Origin: Mizuhopecten yessoensis
Taxonomy: Eukaryota
NCBI RefSeq assembly: GCF_002113885.1
Contig: NW_018407733.1
Location: 709,018-773,017 of the forward strand
Length of the DNA stretch: 64,000 nt
Direction: 5' to 3'
This document shows, piece after piece, positions 38,115-50,600 of the stretch. The notes beneath the pieces were generated by a model, which was given only the letters and a program-made list of their open reading frames with translations, did not search any database and had not been told where the DNA came from. Positions within the stretch are counted from its first letter, which is position 1. Every line of letters starts with the position of its first letter. A program made the translations under genes and the position numbers.

Positions 38115-39785
38115 ATGGAAGTACAAAGACCAACGCCAGATTTTAAGAACTACAAAGACAAACGAGTAACCAACATCATCAACAAAGCTTCCCAGCAGCT
38201 GAGGATATCTGGTCTGGTCAGGAAGAATGCCGCACGTCGCTACATCACAATCACCAACAGCCATGCCTCCTTGAATGCGAATGCCCATGCAAAAGCCGTT
38301 GCTAAGGGTCTTTTGACTAAAGAACCAAGTAATCTGGACCGTCAAATGACCAAGGGGGCCACTAATCTAGAACGCCACATGGTAGTGAAAAAGACTGGTG
38401 AACTTGAATCTCCGCTTTCACAGAGACAAAGATTATACTTAAATGGAAATCACCAGACAGATGCGACGCGGGTATCAAGTTACCCGGAAATGACGTATAG
38501 GCGTATAGTTCATGCACGATCAATGGCGCGAATGGCCACCAGGACCGATTTTCTAAAAGCCAGAGAGCTGACAGAAGAATTGGATCAGAATAGGACCTTA
38601 ACATTTTCATTGACTAAATCTGATGAACCTGCAATCAGAGTTCGACCAGTTATATCTAGGGAGTCCAGTAAACTAGACAGCAATATGAAAGTTGCCATCA
38701 ATAGATATGTTACCAGTATGTCACCGAAACGATCCGATACAATACCGAGTAGGTCAGACACTTCGCTCAGCAGGTCAGACGTAATGCGAAGTACTGACCA
38801 GCCCATGACTCCGGCCACTACCTCCAGGAGAAACAAAACGCACCCAGAGACTCACCGAGAATCTACTATATTATATAACAGCAGACGACCGACAAAACAT
38901 GCTAAGTCTTACTTGAAGCCTGTACTTCCGAGAATGTTCTCTGGAAATGTTCCATTTTTGTTCAAACTGAATGGACCAATTCTTCTGACTGCACCTCATG
39001 GTATTAAGTTATGGCGCGGTGGCACGGATGGAAGGAAGAAGAGAATACACTACAGAGAGATTTGGTCCACGGAAATAGTCCTAAAATTGGCCGCCCACAT
39101 CAACAAGTACATGGGTATTCCAGCTAGCTTTATGATCTGGGATAGAAGAATTGCTGCTCCGCTCGACCACAAAAACCTCGACCCAAATTACCTCACAGAA
39201 GAACAACTTGCTTTGTCGCCATGGCATGAAGCTCTTCTTCAGTTCAAGCGCTTCGGTAAACTAAACAAATGTCCTCTTCTTCACATCGATGTCCATGGGA
39301 AGAAAAATCGAAAGACAAATCTAGATGTCGACTTTGGCTTCAAAGCACTGGAAACTCGCTGGGAGGACCAAGGTTTTGTAGGCTGGGTGAAGTCTGAAAC
39401 AGAATCTTCATTCAGTAGGTTGTTTGACCTGCCTTGCTGTGAAACTAATGACGATACAAAATACACTACAAATGTCAACCCTAGTCTTTGTGGTGACTGG
39501 GGAGGTGACCTCTACACCATGACGTGCCAGTCGGTGTGTATGGGGGTCCCAGCCTTCCAACTGGAGATTCCAAGGAGTATACGAACGCATCTGATAGATG
39601 ACGAAGTTTTCATGAACAAGTTTGCAAAATGTATTGTAGATATTTATCGGACTTGCATCTCTCTGAATTCTGACGAGGAGTGCGACAGTAGAGTCAGGGA
39701 GAACAGAATACTTACTGATCATATCGAAAAACTGTATAACGAACACCTTAAAGTTCAAAAAGTGGCACGGGAAAAACAGATATGA
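38115..39785 (+). CDS. 556-aa protein: basic disordered N-terminus + Zn-dependent hydrolase domain (N-formylglutamate amidohydrolase / poly-gamma-glutamate hydrolase-like fold)
   Basis: Uninterrupted ORF, strong start AACATGG with in-frame stops upstream, 5'UTR acceptor TTTTCAG ending at 38068, AATAAA at 39849-39854. Motifs LLTAPHG, REIWSTE, DPN, LHIDVHG, DVDFG, FQLEIP. The CDS is well supported; the fold assignment is from motif memory. Confidence 0.8.
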   Translation: MEVQRPTPDFKNYKDKRVTNIINKASQQLRISGLVRKNAARRYITITNSHASLNANAHAKAVAKGLLTKEPSNLDRQMTKGATNLERHMVVKKTGELESPLSQRQRLYLNGNHQTDATRVSSYPEMTYRRIVHARSMARMATRTDFLKARELTEELDQNRTLTFSLTKSDEPAIRVRPVISRESSKLDSNMKVAINRYVTSMSPKRSDTIPSRSDTSLSRSDVMRSTDQPMTPATTSRRNKTHPETHRESTILYNSRRPTKHAKSYLKPVLPRMFSGNVPFLFKLNGPILLTAPHGIKLWRGGTDGRKKRIHYREIWSTEIVLKLAAHINKYMGIPASFMIWDRRIAAPLDHKNLDPNYLTEEQLALSPWHEALLQFKRFGKLNKCPLLHIDVHGKKNRKTNLDVDFGFKALETRWEDQGFVGWVKSETESSFSRLFDLPCCETNDDTKYTTNVNPSLCGDWGGDLYTMTCQSVCMGVPAFQLEIPRSIRTHLIDDEVFMNKFAKCIVDIYRTCISLNSDEECDSRVRENRILTDHIEKLYNEHLKVQKVAREKQI

Positions 39786-41276
39786 AAAGGCTACAATGTA
39801 CACATAATGTTACCGACGGAAGCGTGGCAATAGTAAAATAGAGAAACAAATAAAGTGAATTTGTAGCAAATGCCAATCAGATTTTATACGGATAAAACAA
39901 AACGCACAAAGTCATCATTAGGCAGAAGAAAAAATACACTACCATGTTTTACTTTTTTTATAGTATGAGCAATTATGGCAAATTAAATTATTATGTTGAA
40001 GTTCAAAATCAACTACAGTGACCAATGAGAACATGTCTTCAATGAAAGTTATTAGATCATCTGTTACTATTAAATAGGAGTCTTTCTTTATTTTCTTATA
40101 CAATTGAAAAGGACACTAGAATGTATCACAACATCACAACAAATGAGTCGGTTCTCAGTTTTATCTCAACAAAAGCCTAGATTTTCAATTTTCGGAAAAT
40201 AAGATCTGTTTTAATATCTCAACAGAATACTCATATAATCTTTCACTGCTTTTGGGGCGAGGTAGAAGAGAATGGGGGTCTCAACCCAAAACAGGGAGAG
40301 ATGATCAAATTTGTAATCATGGTATGTAGGATATTCTATAGGAGGGTGTAGAATTTGAGTCAGACCCAAGGTGAGAATTTCCATATCCCACATACCTATG
40401 CAATGATTGACAAGCTTGTGCAATAATGGTCCTGAGGTGTTGTCACTTGCCGGCATTAAGTTTTTCAGTCAGTCAAATGATGTTTCGATGGGCTTGATTG
40501 TGACGTCATAATACAACGCCATCATCTGATTTTTGGGACAAGTTTATTTTACATACACAGAGGTAGGAGAAACAACTGTCCAAGGCAAGACATTCCATTA
40601 TCTCTTACACCTCAACAAGAAGATTCTCTGTTACGTTTTAACAGGAAACTAGATCCTCTTATACAACTCAACAGGATACTACAATTCTGTTATACCTCAA
40701 AGAGATATCCTCTAAATCCAAGTGTTCTGGTCTCCATACACCTATCTTCTCGTTAGAATTTGTGATGACAACATCGAAAACTTTATTTATGCGACACCTT
40801 GCAGATGATGCAAGTGAACTAGTCTGATGTCGTAGGTGGAGATTGAAGAAGTTTGAAATTTGGAGTTGCTCCTATGTAATCTTTAAAGGGCAGGTATAAG
40901 TCTAGTGACAAGTAAGGTTTTATACCTGAAGCCAATCAAATATCATACAGCGAGCCTTCAATTTTGTAATGACATATTCCAGGAGGGGCTGAGAAGATAG
41001 GAGTATTGAGAGCAGAATTCTAAAATTTTGAGGACACTCGAGGAGAAGCTAGATTATCTTTTACACCATTTGTGGAACAACAATCTGTTACATTTCTATG
41101 TTTGACGATAACTCATCTCACCTTAGTGAAAGGTTTTTTACCCGATTTCAACTGTCAAAACAAACATGATTCGATTTTACCTGGTAATAATAAACAAAAT
41201 ACTTAATACCTTTACTAAAGACTTTATTTGAAATTATCATTGGCCCTAAAATTAAAATATAAAAAAAAAGTTTATA

Positions 41277-44200
41277 TCAGTGTTCAGAAAAGTATTTAAT
41301 TATTTGTTTTGCTGTTTGAGAACTCCATCCATGAACGGAGAGTACACCATCTACTGCCTCTATATAAGGCAGCAGGAAGTCCTTGCCAATCTTTTTGGCA
41401 TCAAAGTCTTTATCACACTCTGTGTCCTTTGTTTTATTTACTTGCTCCTGGTAGTACCAGTAACACAGCTCACCACCATACATCATCCCCAATAGTATTG
41501 TGTCATTCAGGATGCCTGCAACAACACAAAAAAGATTCAATCCATACTTCCAATCGATTTTTTATTGAATAAAGCATGATTTATGTAATACAAATTTATA
41601 TTTTAAGGTTCAGCTTGAGGTTTTGCCCAGTGCTGAACATCAAAAGTCTTATCCAAAGGACTGAAATTTCACTTGTCTGATACACACATTGATTGTCTTT
41701 CAATGCAAACAGAGAAATGTCAACCTTCATGATAAGATGTTTAAGTTCAGCAATCCACAAAGCCTAGCTAATACCAAGCCACACAATTCCTGCCATAAGG
41801 TTAAGTTTATTACAAACGGCACTACAACAGTGTAAGCTGTGTAACCTGAGAGCCTCTGGTACAACACATATTGGTAAGAGTAGACACCATGTCAGAATAC
41901 ACTGGTCATATCACATATATTTGATCAAATATGGGATTACAACATATTACTGAATTAGACAACAGCATGATGGTAAATACTCGGGTCTCAGATTTCACTC
42001 CATGTGCTGCAGTGACCCCATCAGTGAATACTTACCCATGTCGATAAGCTGTAGTGTGTCATCTTTGTCTGGTGATTCTTCCTTGTCCTTACCTGGCGGT
42101 GGTGAAGGAAGTATGCTCTTTAACTGAATAATTCCTTCATGTAACAACTGAAAATATAAAGTTCAAGCCATTTATCCACAAATTCAAAGAAAAACAACTG
42201 CAGTTTACATTCCCTTGGATTAACTGGAGACTTCTCTGTATAGTATCCTGTCATATTGATTAGCATCACGTTACTTGATACTGAATTGACAAGAGGACTT
42301 TCCCTTTTACTTTATCGTAGTGATATGTTTTCATCAGGAAACTTTTTTAACATCCTTCCCTGATGACCTTGACTTTTAACCTTTGACATAGAAAAGCAAT
42401 AGGCACTTTCCTATGGTCAGAAAATTGATGCAAGTACAATACTTCTTTTAACTGTGCACCCACAAGCATGGAAAGAGTGACATTGGTCGCACAGATAATG
42501 AAGTTGTTCTGTTATATTTTGTTCTGTATGTTTTACACTTATTGAAATTCAATAGCTTTTCCTTTTTTTCTTAAAAAAATTAATTCAGTTTACAATTTAA
42601 GGCTGAAAATATGCTTAAAGGGGAAAAAATGTTTATAAAAAAAACAATCAGCAGACTATACATGGCACTCTATTGTAAAACCTTGGATTCGTGTTACTAG
42701 ATCATAAAAGTCATCAGAGGTAAAATTAAAAAAAATACAACACTAAATAATTGTCAAATGTGTCAAAGTTGTCATATGCTAAATATATACACAGACATTT
42801 GTTTCATAATAACTTCTGACCTCTGAACCTGCAGGTGTTAATTCTAATCTGTCAATAGATCACACAATACAGCCTTCACAATGACTTGCAGTTCCTAAAG
42901 AATTTACATATGAACTAATTTTAATACTGAATAGTGTAACAAAACTTAACCTAAGAAAGATAACTCTCTCCTAAAGAATTACTGAACAATGTTACAAAAT
43001 ACTTCAAACCCAAGATAATTCTCTTCAAGAAATTTGGTAAACCTTAAATCAACATACGTCCAAATGTAACTTATTTTTTCATCAACACTTCTTAACTTTG
43101 GATGAAACAATAACATCTCCATTGTAACACCAGTCAATCTGACATTACCTGGTGTCAATGTGACATTACCTGGTGTCAATGTGACATTACCTGGTGTCAA
43201 TGTGACATTACTTGGTGTCAATGTGCTTCGCCACATATTTGAAATTGTAAAGGAATACATGTACATGTATATCTTAAGTTTGTTTTTCCATCTGAGAAGC
43301 TAAAAGTTTTGGGATATACGTGACAAGAGGTCCAATGGGCATGTATTGCTGAACTGTATATATATCTCATTCGTTATCTTGAAAATAGGTGAAAGGTCAC
43401 ATATACCTACTTCCTCAAAAGTGGATCAAGTTCATTCATTTGAGTAACAACTTTTATCCCAGTATGCTTATTGTAAATTTTCATGAACCTAGGCATATTG
43501 GCTGTTCAGAAAAAGTCTTTAAACACATTTTACCATGATAGTTGGTCAAGGTGATTCATTTGAACAAACTTGACAAGTTGATTGGTGTATGCAGAACATC
43601 TGTCTTTCTCACCTGTATAAAACTGGTGTCTATTTTGTCGGCCCTTTTTGGATCGTCTTTAACTGTTTTACAATACATGTAAAGCAGTGCTCCCCTCCTC
43701 CAAACAAGGCACTCATTAATCTCGGAACCAAGAACATCTGCAACCTATCAAAAGGCAAGAATTCAGCATGCCTACCTTGCAATAGTTACATATCACCTGG
43801 TAATTAATACTTGCCTTTAGAATTATGGCAATAAACACCCATCTACAGAGACTTTGTATACCTGGTATAGCATAAGTGTCATTTAAGTCTTCCTAATATA
43901 GATAAATTTCCAAGTTAACTTTACAGCTTAAGTACACAGTTTTATCTAAAAAGTACAACAAAGTTATCCTTATTCAGCACAAGTAATCAAGTTTATCAAT
44001 TATATTACTTACCTCTTTCTCTGGTATACACTTTTTGGAGAGTTCTGTTATTTGATCAAAACTACCTGGAATAGGAAAAATGAAAAGACTGATCCAAGGA
44101 TGTGCACATCAATGATGAGTCCAACTTCTAAAACAGACACTGGGCGGCAGTATTTAGACAACTGTCATTCCCTCTATATCTATATATCATCGAAATGATG

Positions 44201-47200
44201 GAACCTTGCACTTTCCAATCCAAGAGCATTTACACAATCTAAAATAAAATTGTTGGTTTTCCGTTCTCTTACTATCCTAGGAGAGTGAAATACAACATTT
44301 ATATTTTGGCTTCAAAAATGCTTTATAGAATTATACAAATGATACTTACAATACTGCATGTTAAAAATTCTCTTTAGGTTTTGTAGTGCATACTGTTTAT
44401 ATTTCCAAAATTACTTACCAGGTAGTTGACATATTTTATATTTAATAAATGCACCTTTGTGGTTATAAACAATTTTGCAGTAAAAAATATTTGTCATTGA
44501 GTTGTGTATATTTATATTTTTGGCCTAGATGAATTTCTCATACTGTTTTTTTAACGCAACAGTTTTTTCTGACTTTTAATGACTGACTTATACAAAATAT
44601 TTCTTCACACTTACAGAAGATTTTATGAATTCTCTCCCTTGCATTACTCTCGGGGAACTCTCCATTGACAAGCTGACATTCTTCGTGGTAAGTGTAATCC
44701 AGCATTGCCTAAATAAAATGTAAACTAAAGAAACTTATTCAATGTCTTGATTAATGGCAACTGTATTTAATAACTTTTATTGAACCATATCAATCTCATT
44801 TTCAAAAGTGAATTTGTAGCAGCTAGTGTATCATAAGGCACAATATTTACACAGCATTTGACAAATAACCCAAAACAACCATATTTCTAGCAAGCATTCA
44901 ATGTTAAGAGTTTTTTTGCCCCAGGGCAAAAAAAGACAGTGTCCACAGATGATGGGGCCCCTTTATAGCATCATCTCACTGTTATGTCATAACCTGGACA
45001 CAGTCACATGACACTCCACCTGGTTACTGAAATGTCATAACCTGGACACAGTCACATGACACTCCACCTGTTCAATGAAATGTCATAACCTGAACACAGT
45101 CACATGACACTCCACCTGGTCATTGAAATGTCATAACCTGGACACAGTCACATGACAGTCCACCTGGTTACTGAAATGTCATTATCTGAACACAATCACA
45201 TGACACTCCACCTGTTCACTGACATGTCATAACCTGGACACAGTCACATGACACTCCACCTGTTCACTGAAATGTCATAATCTGAACACAGTCACATGAC
45301 AGTCCACCTGGTTACTGAAATGTAATTATCTGAACACAATCACATGACACTCCAACTGTTCACTGAAATCTCATAACCTGAACATGGTCACATGACACTC
45401 CACCTGGTCACGGAAATCTCATAACCTGAACATGGTCACATGACACTCCACCAGGTCACTGAAATGTCATAACCTGAACACAGTCACATGACACTCCACC
45501 TGTTCACTGAAATGTCTTTACCTGAACACAGTCACATGACACTCCACCTGTTCACTGAAATGTCATAACCTGAACATGGTCACATGACACTCCACCTGGT
45601 CACATTATTCTGACAACAGGATAACCAGAGGTGACCTGGGAGACACCGTCCAAAAGGAAGAGAAAGTAAGGAGGAATAGTAAAAGTGTAGCTGCGGGAAC
45701 CGTAGCTTCTATGTCCATTTTTTTTTTTATTAATATTGTTATCAGACTATGAGTGTTGCACTTAGAGTAGCAGATCAATTTTGGTAAATATGGAAGGACC
45801 ATGGTGAGCTTATGCCATACCGCAGCGTCCGTCGTCCGTCCGTCAACTTTTCCTTTAAAACACTACTAGTCATGAAGGAGTGAGAATATTTTGACCAAAT
45901 TTGGTCAGAAGCATCCTTGGGGGAAGGGGAACAAATTTTGTATAAATGGTGAGTCTGGCCCCCCTGGGGGCTGAGGGGCGGGGTCCAATAGGGGAAATAT
46001 AGCAAATTCTTTAAAATCCTTCTTCTTCTGTAGGAATGAAAAGGATTTAGTCCATATTTGGTGTGGAGCATCCTAGGGTAAAAGGGAACAAATTTTGTAT
46101 AAACGGTGGGTCTCACCCCCCTGGGGGCTGAGGGGCGGGGCCCAATAGGGGAAACATAACAAATTCTTCAAAATCCTTCTTCTTCTGAAGGAATAAAAGG
46201 ATTTGGTCCATATTTGGTGTGGAGCATCCTTGGGTAAAGGGGAATCAATTTTGTATAAACAGTGGGTGTAGCCCCCCTGGGACCTGAGGGGTGGGGCCCA
46301 ATAGGGGAAATAGAGGTAAAACCTTTATAATCCTTCTTCTACCATAGGGAATAAGGGATTTTATCCTAATTTAGTCTGGAGCATCCTTGGGCAAAAGGGA
46401 CTCAATTTCATATAAACAGCGAGTGTGGCCCCCCTGGGGGCAGAAGGGAGGATGGGCCCAATAGGGGAAACATAGCAAATTCTTCAAAATCCTTCATCTT
46501 CTGTAGGAATGACAGGACTTGTCCAAATTTGGTATGAAGCATCCTTAGGTAAAAGGGAACAACTTTTGTATAAACGGTGTGTCTGACCCCCTGGAGGCAG
46601 AGAGGCGGGGCCCAATGGGGGAAATAGAGGTAAAACCTTTAAAATCGTTCTTCTACCATAGGGGTTAAGGGATTTTATCCTAATTTAGTCTGGAGCATCC
46701 TTGGGCCAAGGGGACTCAATTTTGTATAAGCAGTGGGTGTGGTCTCCAAGGGCGGGGCCCAAAAAGGGAAATAGAGGTAAACCTTTAAAATCCTTCTTCT
46801 ACCATAGGGATGAAGGGATTTTTCTTCCCAATTTGGTCTGGAGGATCTTGGGCAAAATTAAGGGACTCAATTTTGTATAAACAGTGAGTGTGGCCCCCGC
46901 CCCCTGGGGGCAGAAGGGTGGGTCCGATAGGGGAAACATAGCAAATTCTTCAAATACCTTCTTCTGTACGAATGACTGGATTTTATCCTTATTTAGTCTG
47001 GAGCATCCTTGGGCCAAGGGGACTCAATTTTGTATAAACGGTGGGTATGACCCCCTAGGGGCATAGGGGTGGGGCTCTGTTTGAAGTTTGTTCTCGCTAT
47101 ATCTCAAGTACTGGATGGATCTTTCTGAAATTTCATATGTACTTACAGCACCTACCATGGAGTGCTATATCTTTACTTCATACCAATTATTTACAACATA

Positions 47201-48998
47201 TTCAGGTGAGCGATACAGGCCCTCTGGGCCTCTTGTTAACAATTATTTGACAACAGAGCCCTCATCCTCCATTTTACTCCAGATTTTCTTACCTGTGCAT
47301 ATTCCTGGATTAGTTTGGTAAAAATCTGTGAAGTATACACAGTCGGGTCTGGGTAGCCAGCCAAACACACCTCACAACGTCGTCTACTCTTGGTCAGCAG
47401 CATAGGGTCAAGGTCCCCTGTGGTTTAAAATGGCAACTGTAATTTTAATATACAGATATGAATTATCTGACAATGTATGCTAATTACAATTACAATATTT
47501 TTACAAAGGTTTCATAGTAACAGCATTTCAGACTCCAACAGCGGTAGTTACCGGTAATAGGGTTTAAAACATAAAACTATTGTAGGTAAGTAAAGCACAT
47601 GCAAGAACACACAAACTGAAACCCCTTACCTATAAACATTCTGGCAATGTTTTGACACATAGTAGTCAGCTGACAGATTTTGTGGTAAGATCTGAGAAAC
47701 TTCAGACTAAATTTTCATTTGACAATGGGATGTACCCTTTATTTCTTATATTTGGATTTTCTGAAAAAATAACCAAGGTGGAACACTTTCCCAAAGCAAA
47801 ACAGAACCCTTACAATCATATGAGCCTCCACACCTGACAAAAGCACATACCTGTACATGTGGAGGTATCTAGTAAGGAGGCACAGAAGGCAGCTCCTGCC
47901 TGTTAATCTTCGGTCCATCAAGTACCTCTAAATGGTCTTATATTTATTTGATTCTTTCATGTCAAGAAAACGCCTTGAGATCCATACTGTATGGCTCAAT
48001 TCTCTGGTGCCTGTTTTACCTCTATATAGCAATTGAGTTCTGCTTGACAATCTTTTTGTTTAGTTTGGTATCGTACAATGTCTTTAAATCAATCCATTAT
48101 ACCAAGTAAAAGCTGAACTTGATACAGCAGACACTATTTAAGCATTTTATTTTTAATTTGGCACCACATGAACCATTTTGTATTATTAGTGCTTTTTTCA
48201 TTCTTTTTGAGGAAAATACTATCATTAATTAAACGATCAATCTACACTTGAAATACAAAACTGTATATCAAAAATAGTTTGTTTATAAGAGGATTAAACA
48301 CTGTACAGAAAACACCTCATGCATGCTTTTGAAACGGATCTGGGCATGAGCAATCGCAGGTGACATGGTAGCCCAATTGGCTGGAGTATCCTTCTAGAGT
48401 TTTGAGGTCCTGGTTTCAAATCCTAGCTGGTCTGGCCTTTGCATTTTCCTTTAAAGTATTTTGATTTTATCATATTTAAATTCAAATAAAATTTACCAGA
48501 TTAAAACTTAGCTTTAAACAATCTATAGACCCTTTTCTTATTTTTTTGAAGATTATTTGTATTATTTCGCAAACTGTGTTGCTATTAATACTGCTAGAGC
48601 ACAGGAAAGTTATCTCCCTTTACACAGTGTATTATTTTTTTCTGATAAATATATTTTGTCTTACTTTTTTCCAATTAATTCAGTGCTAGGAAAAATTCAG
48701 AAAATGCTGTTACCGTTGAGTGCTATGAAAACAACATGATTTTGAAAAAATGGTCCATGTAATGCTTTCTAATCGAACACATTAGCTTTATCTGAAATAG
48801 ACTATCAGCTGATTAGAACGGTGCCCGAACTTACAGTAATTAGGCTAGTACTGAAGTGAAACTCCAATATTTTGACACGTTCTCTTTAGCAATTAACGTA
48901 ATGTACCCACTTAAGCATGGCTTACCAATAGATTTCAGCTCATTGACGCAGGCATCCTGTAATGTCTGTAGGTGTTCTCGGATTATCATTCCTGCCAT
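41277..48998 (-). CDS. RIMOC1: RAB7A-interacting MON1-CCZ1 complex subunit 1 (C5orf51 orthologue), complete, 275 aa
   Basis: Exons 48998-48926, 47417-47293, 44708-44615, 44065-44013, 43744-43613, 42147-42036, 41515-41277; all GT-AG and phase-consistent (828 nt). Motifs YAQAMLDYTYHEECQLVNGEFPE, ECLVWRRGALLYMYC and GILNDTILLGMMYGGELCYW match human C5orf51 as recalled (YTQAILDMTYFEENKLVDEDFPE, ECLSWRRGALLYMYC, GIFSDIHLLAMMYSGEMCYW). AATAAA on the minus strand at 41228-41223. Confidence 0.92.
43131..43224. repeat. 21-bp tandem repeat (GTCAATGTGACATTACCTGGT), ~4 copies
   Basis: Directly visible. Confidence 0.9.
44985..45604. repeat. 48-bp minisatellite, ~13 copies, each with (G)TCACATGAC and usually CACCTG
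   Basis: Unit TGTCATAACCTG(G/A)ACACAGTCACATGACACTCCACCTG(G/T)TCACTGAAA in RIMOC1 intron 2. Confidence 0.95.
45780..47237 (+). mobile_element. Helentron/DINE-1-like non-autonomous element (HINE)
   Basis: 5' GGTGAGCT + (GTCC)n microsatellite at ~45826-45844, about 7 tandem ~160-bp core repeats, 3' CAGGTGAGCG + stem-loop AGGCCCTCTGGGCCT CTTGTT. Confidence 0.7.
48355..48435 (+). mobile_element. Degenerate tRNA-derived SINE head
   Basis: A-box-like TGGTAGCCCAATTGG and B-box-like GGTTTCAAATCC; no intact cloverleaf. Confidence 0.35.
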
Positions 48999-49105
48999 GT
49001 CAGGGGGTGGATTTGTCTGTTTGATGTTTGTTTTCAGTATTACCTCCCTTTGCACGGAAGTAACCTGACAAGGGGAAACAACCTCGCATGATATATATCA
49101 AAGTT

Positions 49106-49187
49106 TATCAAACGTGTCGCAACGTACGTTTCAAGATCGACTGGTCCTTTTTTCGAACTATGATTGTACGTTGTGACACGTTTAATA
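49106..49187. repeat. 22-bp-arm inverted repeat just upstream of RIMOC1
   Basis: TATCAAACGTGTCGCAACGTAC versus GTACGTTGTGACACGTTTAATA (20/22 complementary). Confidence 0.75.
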
Positions 49188-50221
49188 CGTATATTGATTT
49201 TTAAGAAGTCAGTACCTGTACATACACCATGGTATAAAATATTTCCTTATAGTTTGATCTGAATTGTTTAATTCAGTCGGTACCAAAAACTTTTTTCTTC
49301 TTAAAAAAACATAACAGCACATTATTTCTATGATATTTCAATATATAAAGTGCACGGGAACTTATTCTTAGTTTACATGGAAATGTCTATCATATTTCCA
49401 TATATCGAAATTAGATATATTCAGTATATCATTAAAAAACATGGCGTGGATGACTTTGTACTGCAAACACCCACTCCTAGTCCATCCACATTTGTTCTAT
49501 TGACTTTTGAACATTCATTAGCTACTGTTGAAACATTAAGGTAACAATTTTACACCTGTGTTTTGTGTTACGACCTTTGTTGTGTTTCCTTCTCTCTTTC
49601 TGTATTGTAAAATGTATCCGATGGCAATTGTTAAGAATGTTGTCGCAATTCATGAGCATAACAGGAGGTGACAATTATCTACGAAAGCCAATGTACAATT
49701 CCAAAAAAGTTTTAAACCTGTCTGTTAGTTAGATGGTGGCTGTCAGATGGACCTACTGATGCTGTGGTATTGAAGGATGTTATGTAACATCTGACGATTG
49801 TAAGAGATCCCACGTCCTGACTGCAGATTAAAAGACCCCGCGAGTGTTGGTATAGTTTGTGGTTGACAAGCTGCTGGCAATGCCCACTGATCCATGCTGG
49901 TGGTATTGCTGACTGGAAGTGCACCCACCAAGAAGAGACACTGCGTATTTCCAATGTATACTGGGCTACCTTCTGATGAACCTGCTCTAGATTATGAATG
50001 TTGTTTTGGGTATTCAGTGTCCATGCAATAGATTCGCATTGTAATAGCGAAGCGCATTAAAGTGATATTGCAGCTAACCATTACATCTCCCGAACATCTA
50101 TTTTAAGGGTCATCTGTTAAAAGTCGCTGGTGGAATTTACACTCTTGAGATGGCGCGTATGTGCTTGTTTTAGGAAAGTTGTTTTGCATGTGAACTTCAA
50201 GATATAGATTGCTGGTTGGAA

Positions 50222-50600
50222 TGGTTTTGGTTTTTATAGGGTTTAACGTCCTATCAACAGCTAATGTCATTTAATAACATGCCTCCATATGCGTTGTGTA
50301 TGTAAAACATGGTATTTTGGTGTACATGCCTCCCTGTGATAGCGCGGATCCGATGCCAACTTTATAGTGCAAAACAAATACCATGTCGAAGGCACCCAGC
50401 ACAGTATTCCACCGGTCACATTATACTGACAACGGGTTGAACCAGTTGTCGCCATGCCCCTTACTGCTGAACGTTAAGCAGGGAATGGAAGAAAATAACA
50501 ACTACCATTTTAAGGACTTTGGTATGCCCCGGACATAACCGGTTACCCATTGCCTCATCCTGGCGAACGTTCTACATTTAAGCCAAAAGAGAGGTGCTGC
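50222..50600 (-). mobile_element. SINE-like interspersed repeat (related tails at ~28435-28480 and ~37990-38043)
   Basis: The end GGTTTAACGTCCTATCAACAGC is the reverse complement of GCTGTTG(T)TAGGACGTTAAAC + (AAACC)n at 38003-38043 and GCTGTTGCGAGGACGCTAAAC at 28445. Central CACATTATACTGAC core. Confidence 0.5.

Noticed and set aside
38115-39785. Bacterial contamination or transposase ORF
   Set aside because: Has a spliceosomal acceptor, Kozak context and AATAAA, and is flanked by host repeats; no DDE/RT motifs or terminal repeats.
48355-48435. tRNA gene
   Set aside because: A/B-box-like motifs are present, but acceptor and anticodon stems do not form; treated as a SINE head.
48840-49055. 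71-aa single-exon ORF
   Set aside because: Only 48998-48926 is coding (RIMOC1 exon 1, donor G|GTAAGC); the rest is UTR or intron.
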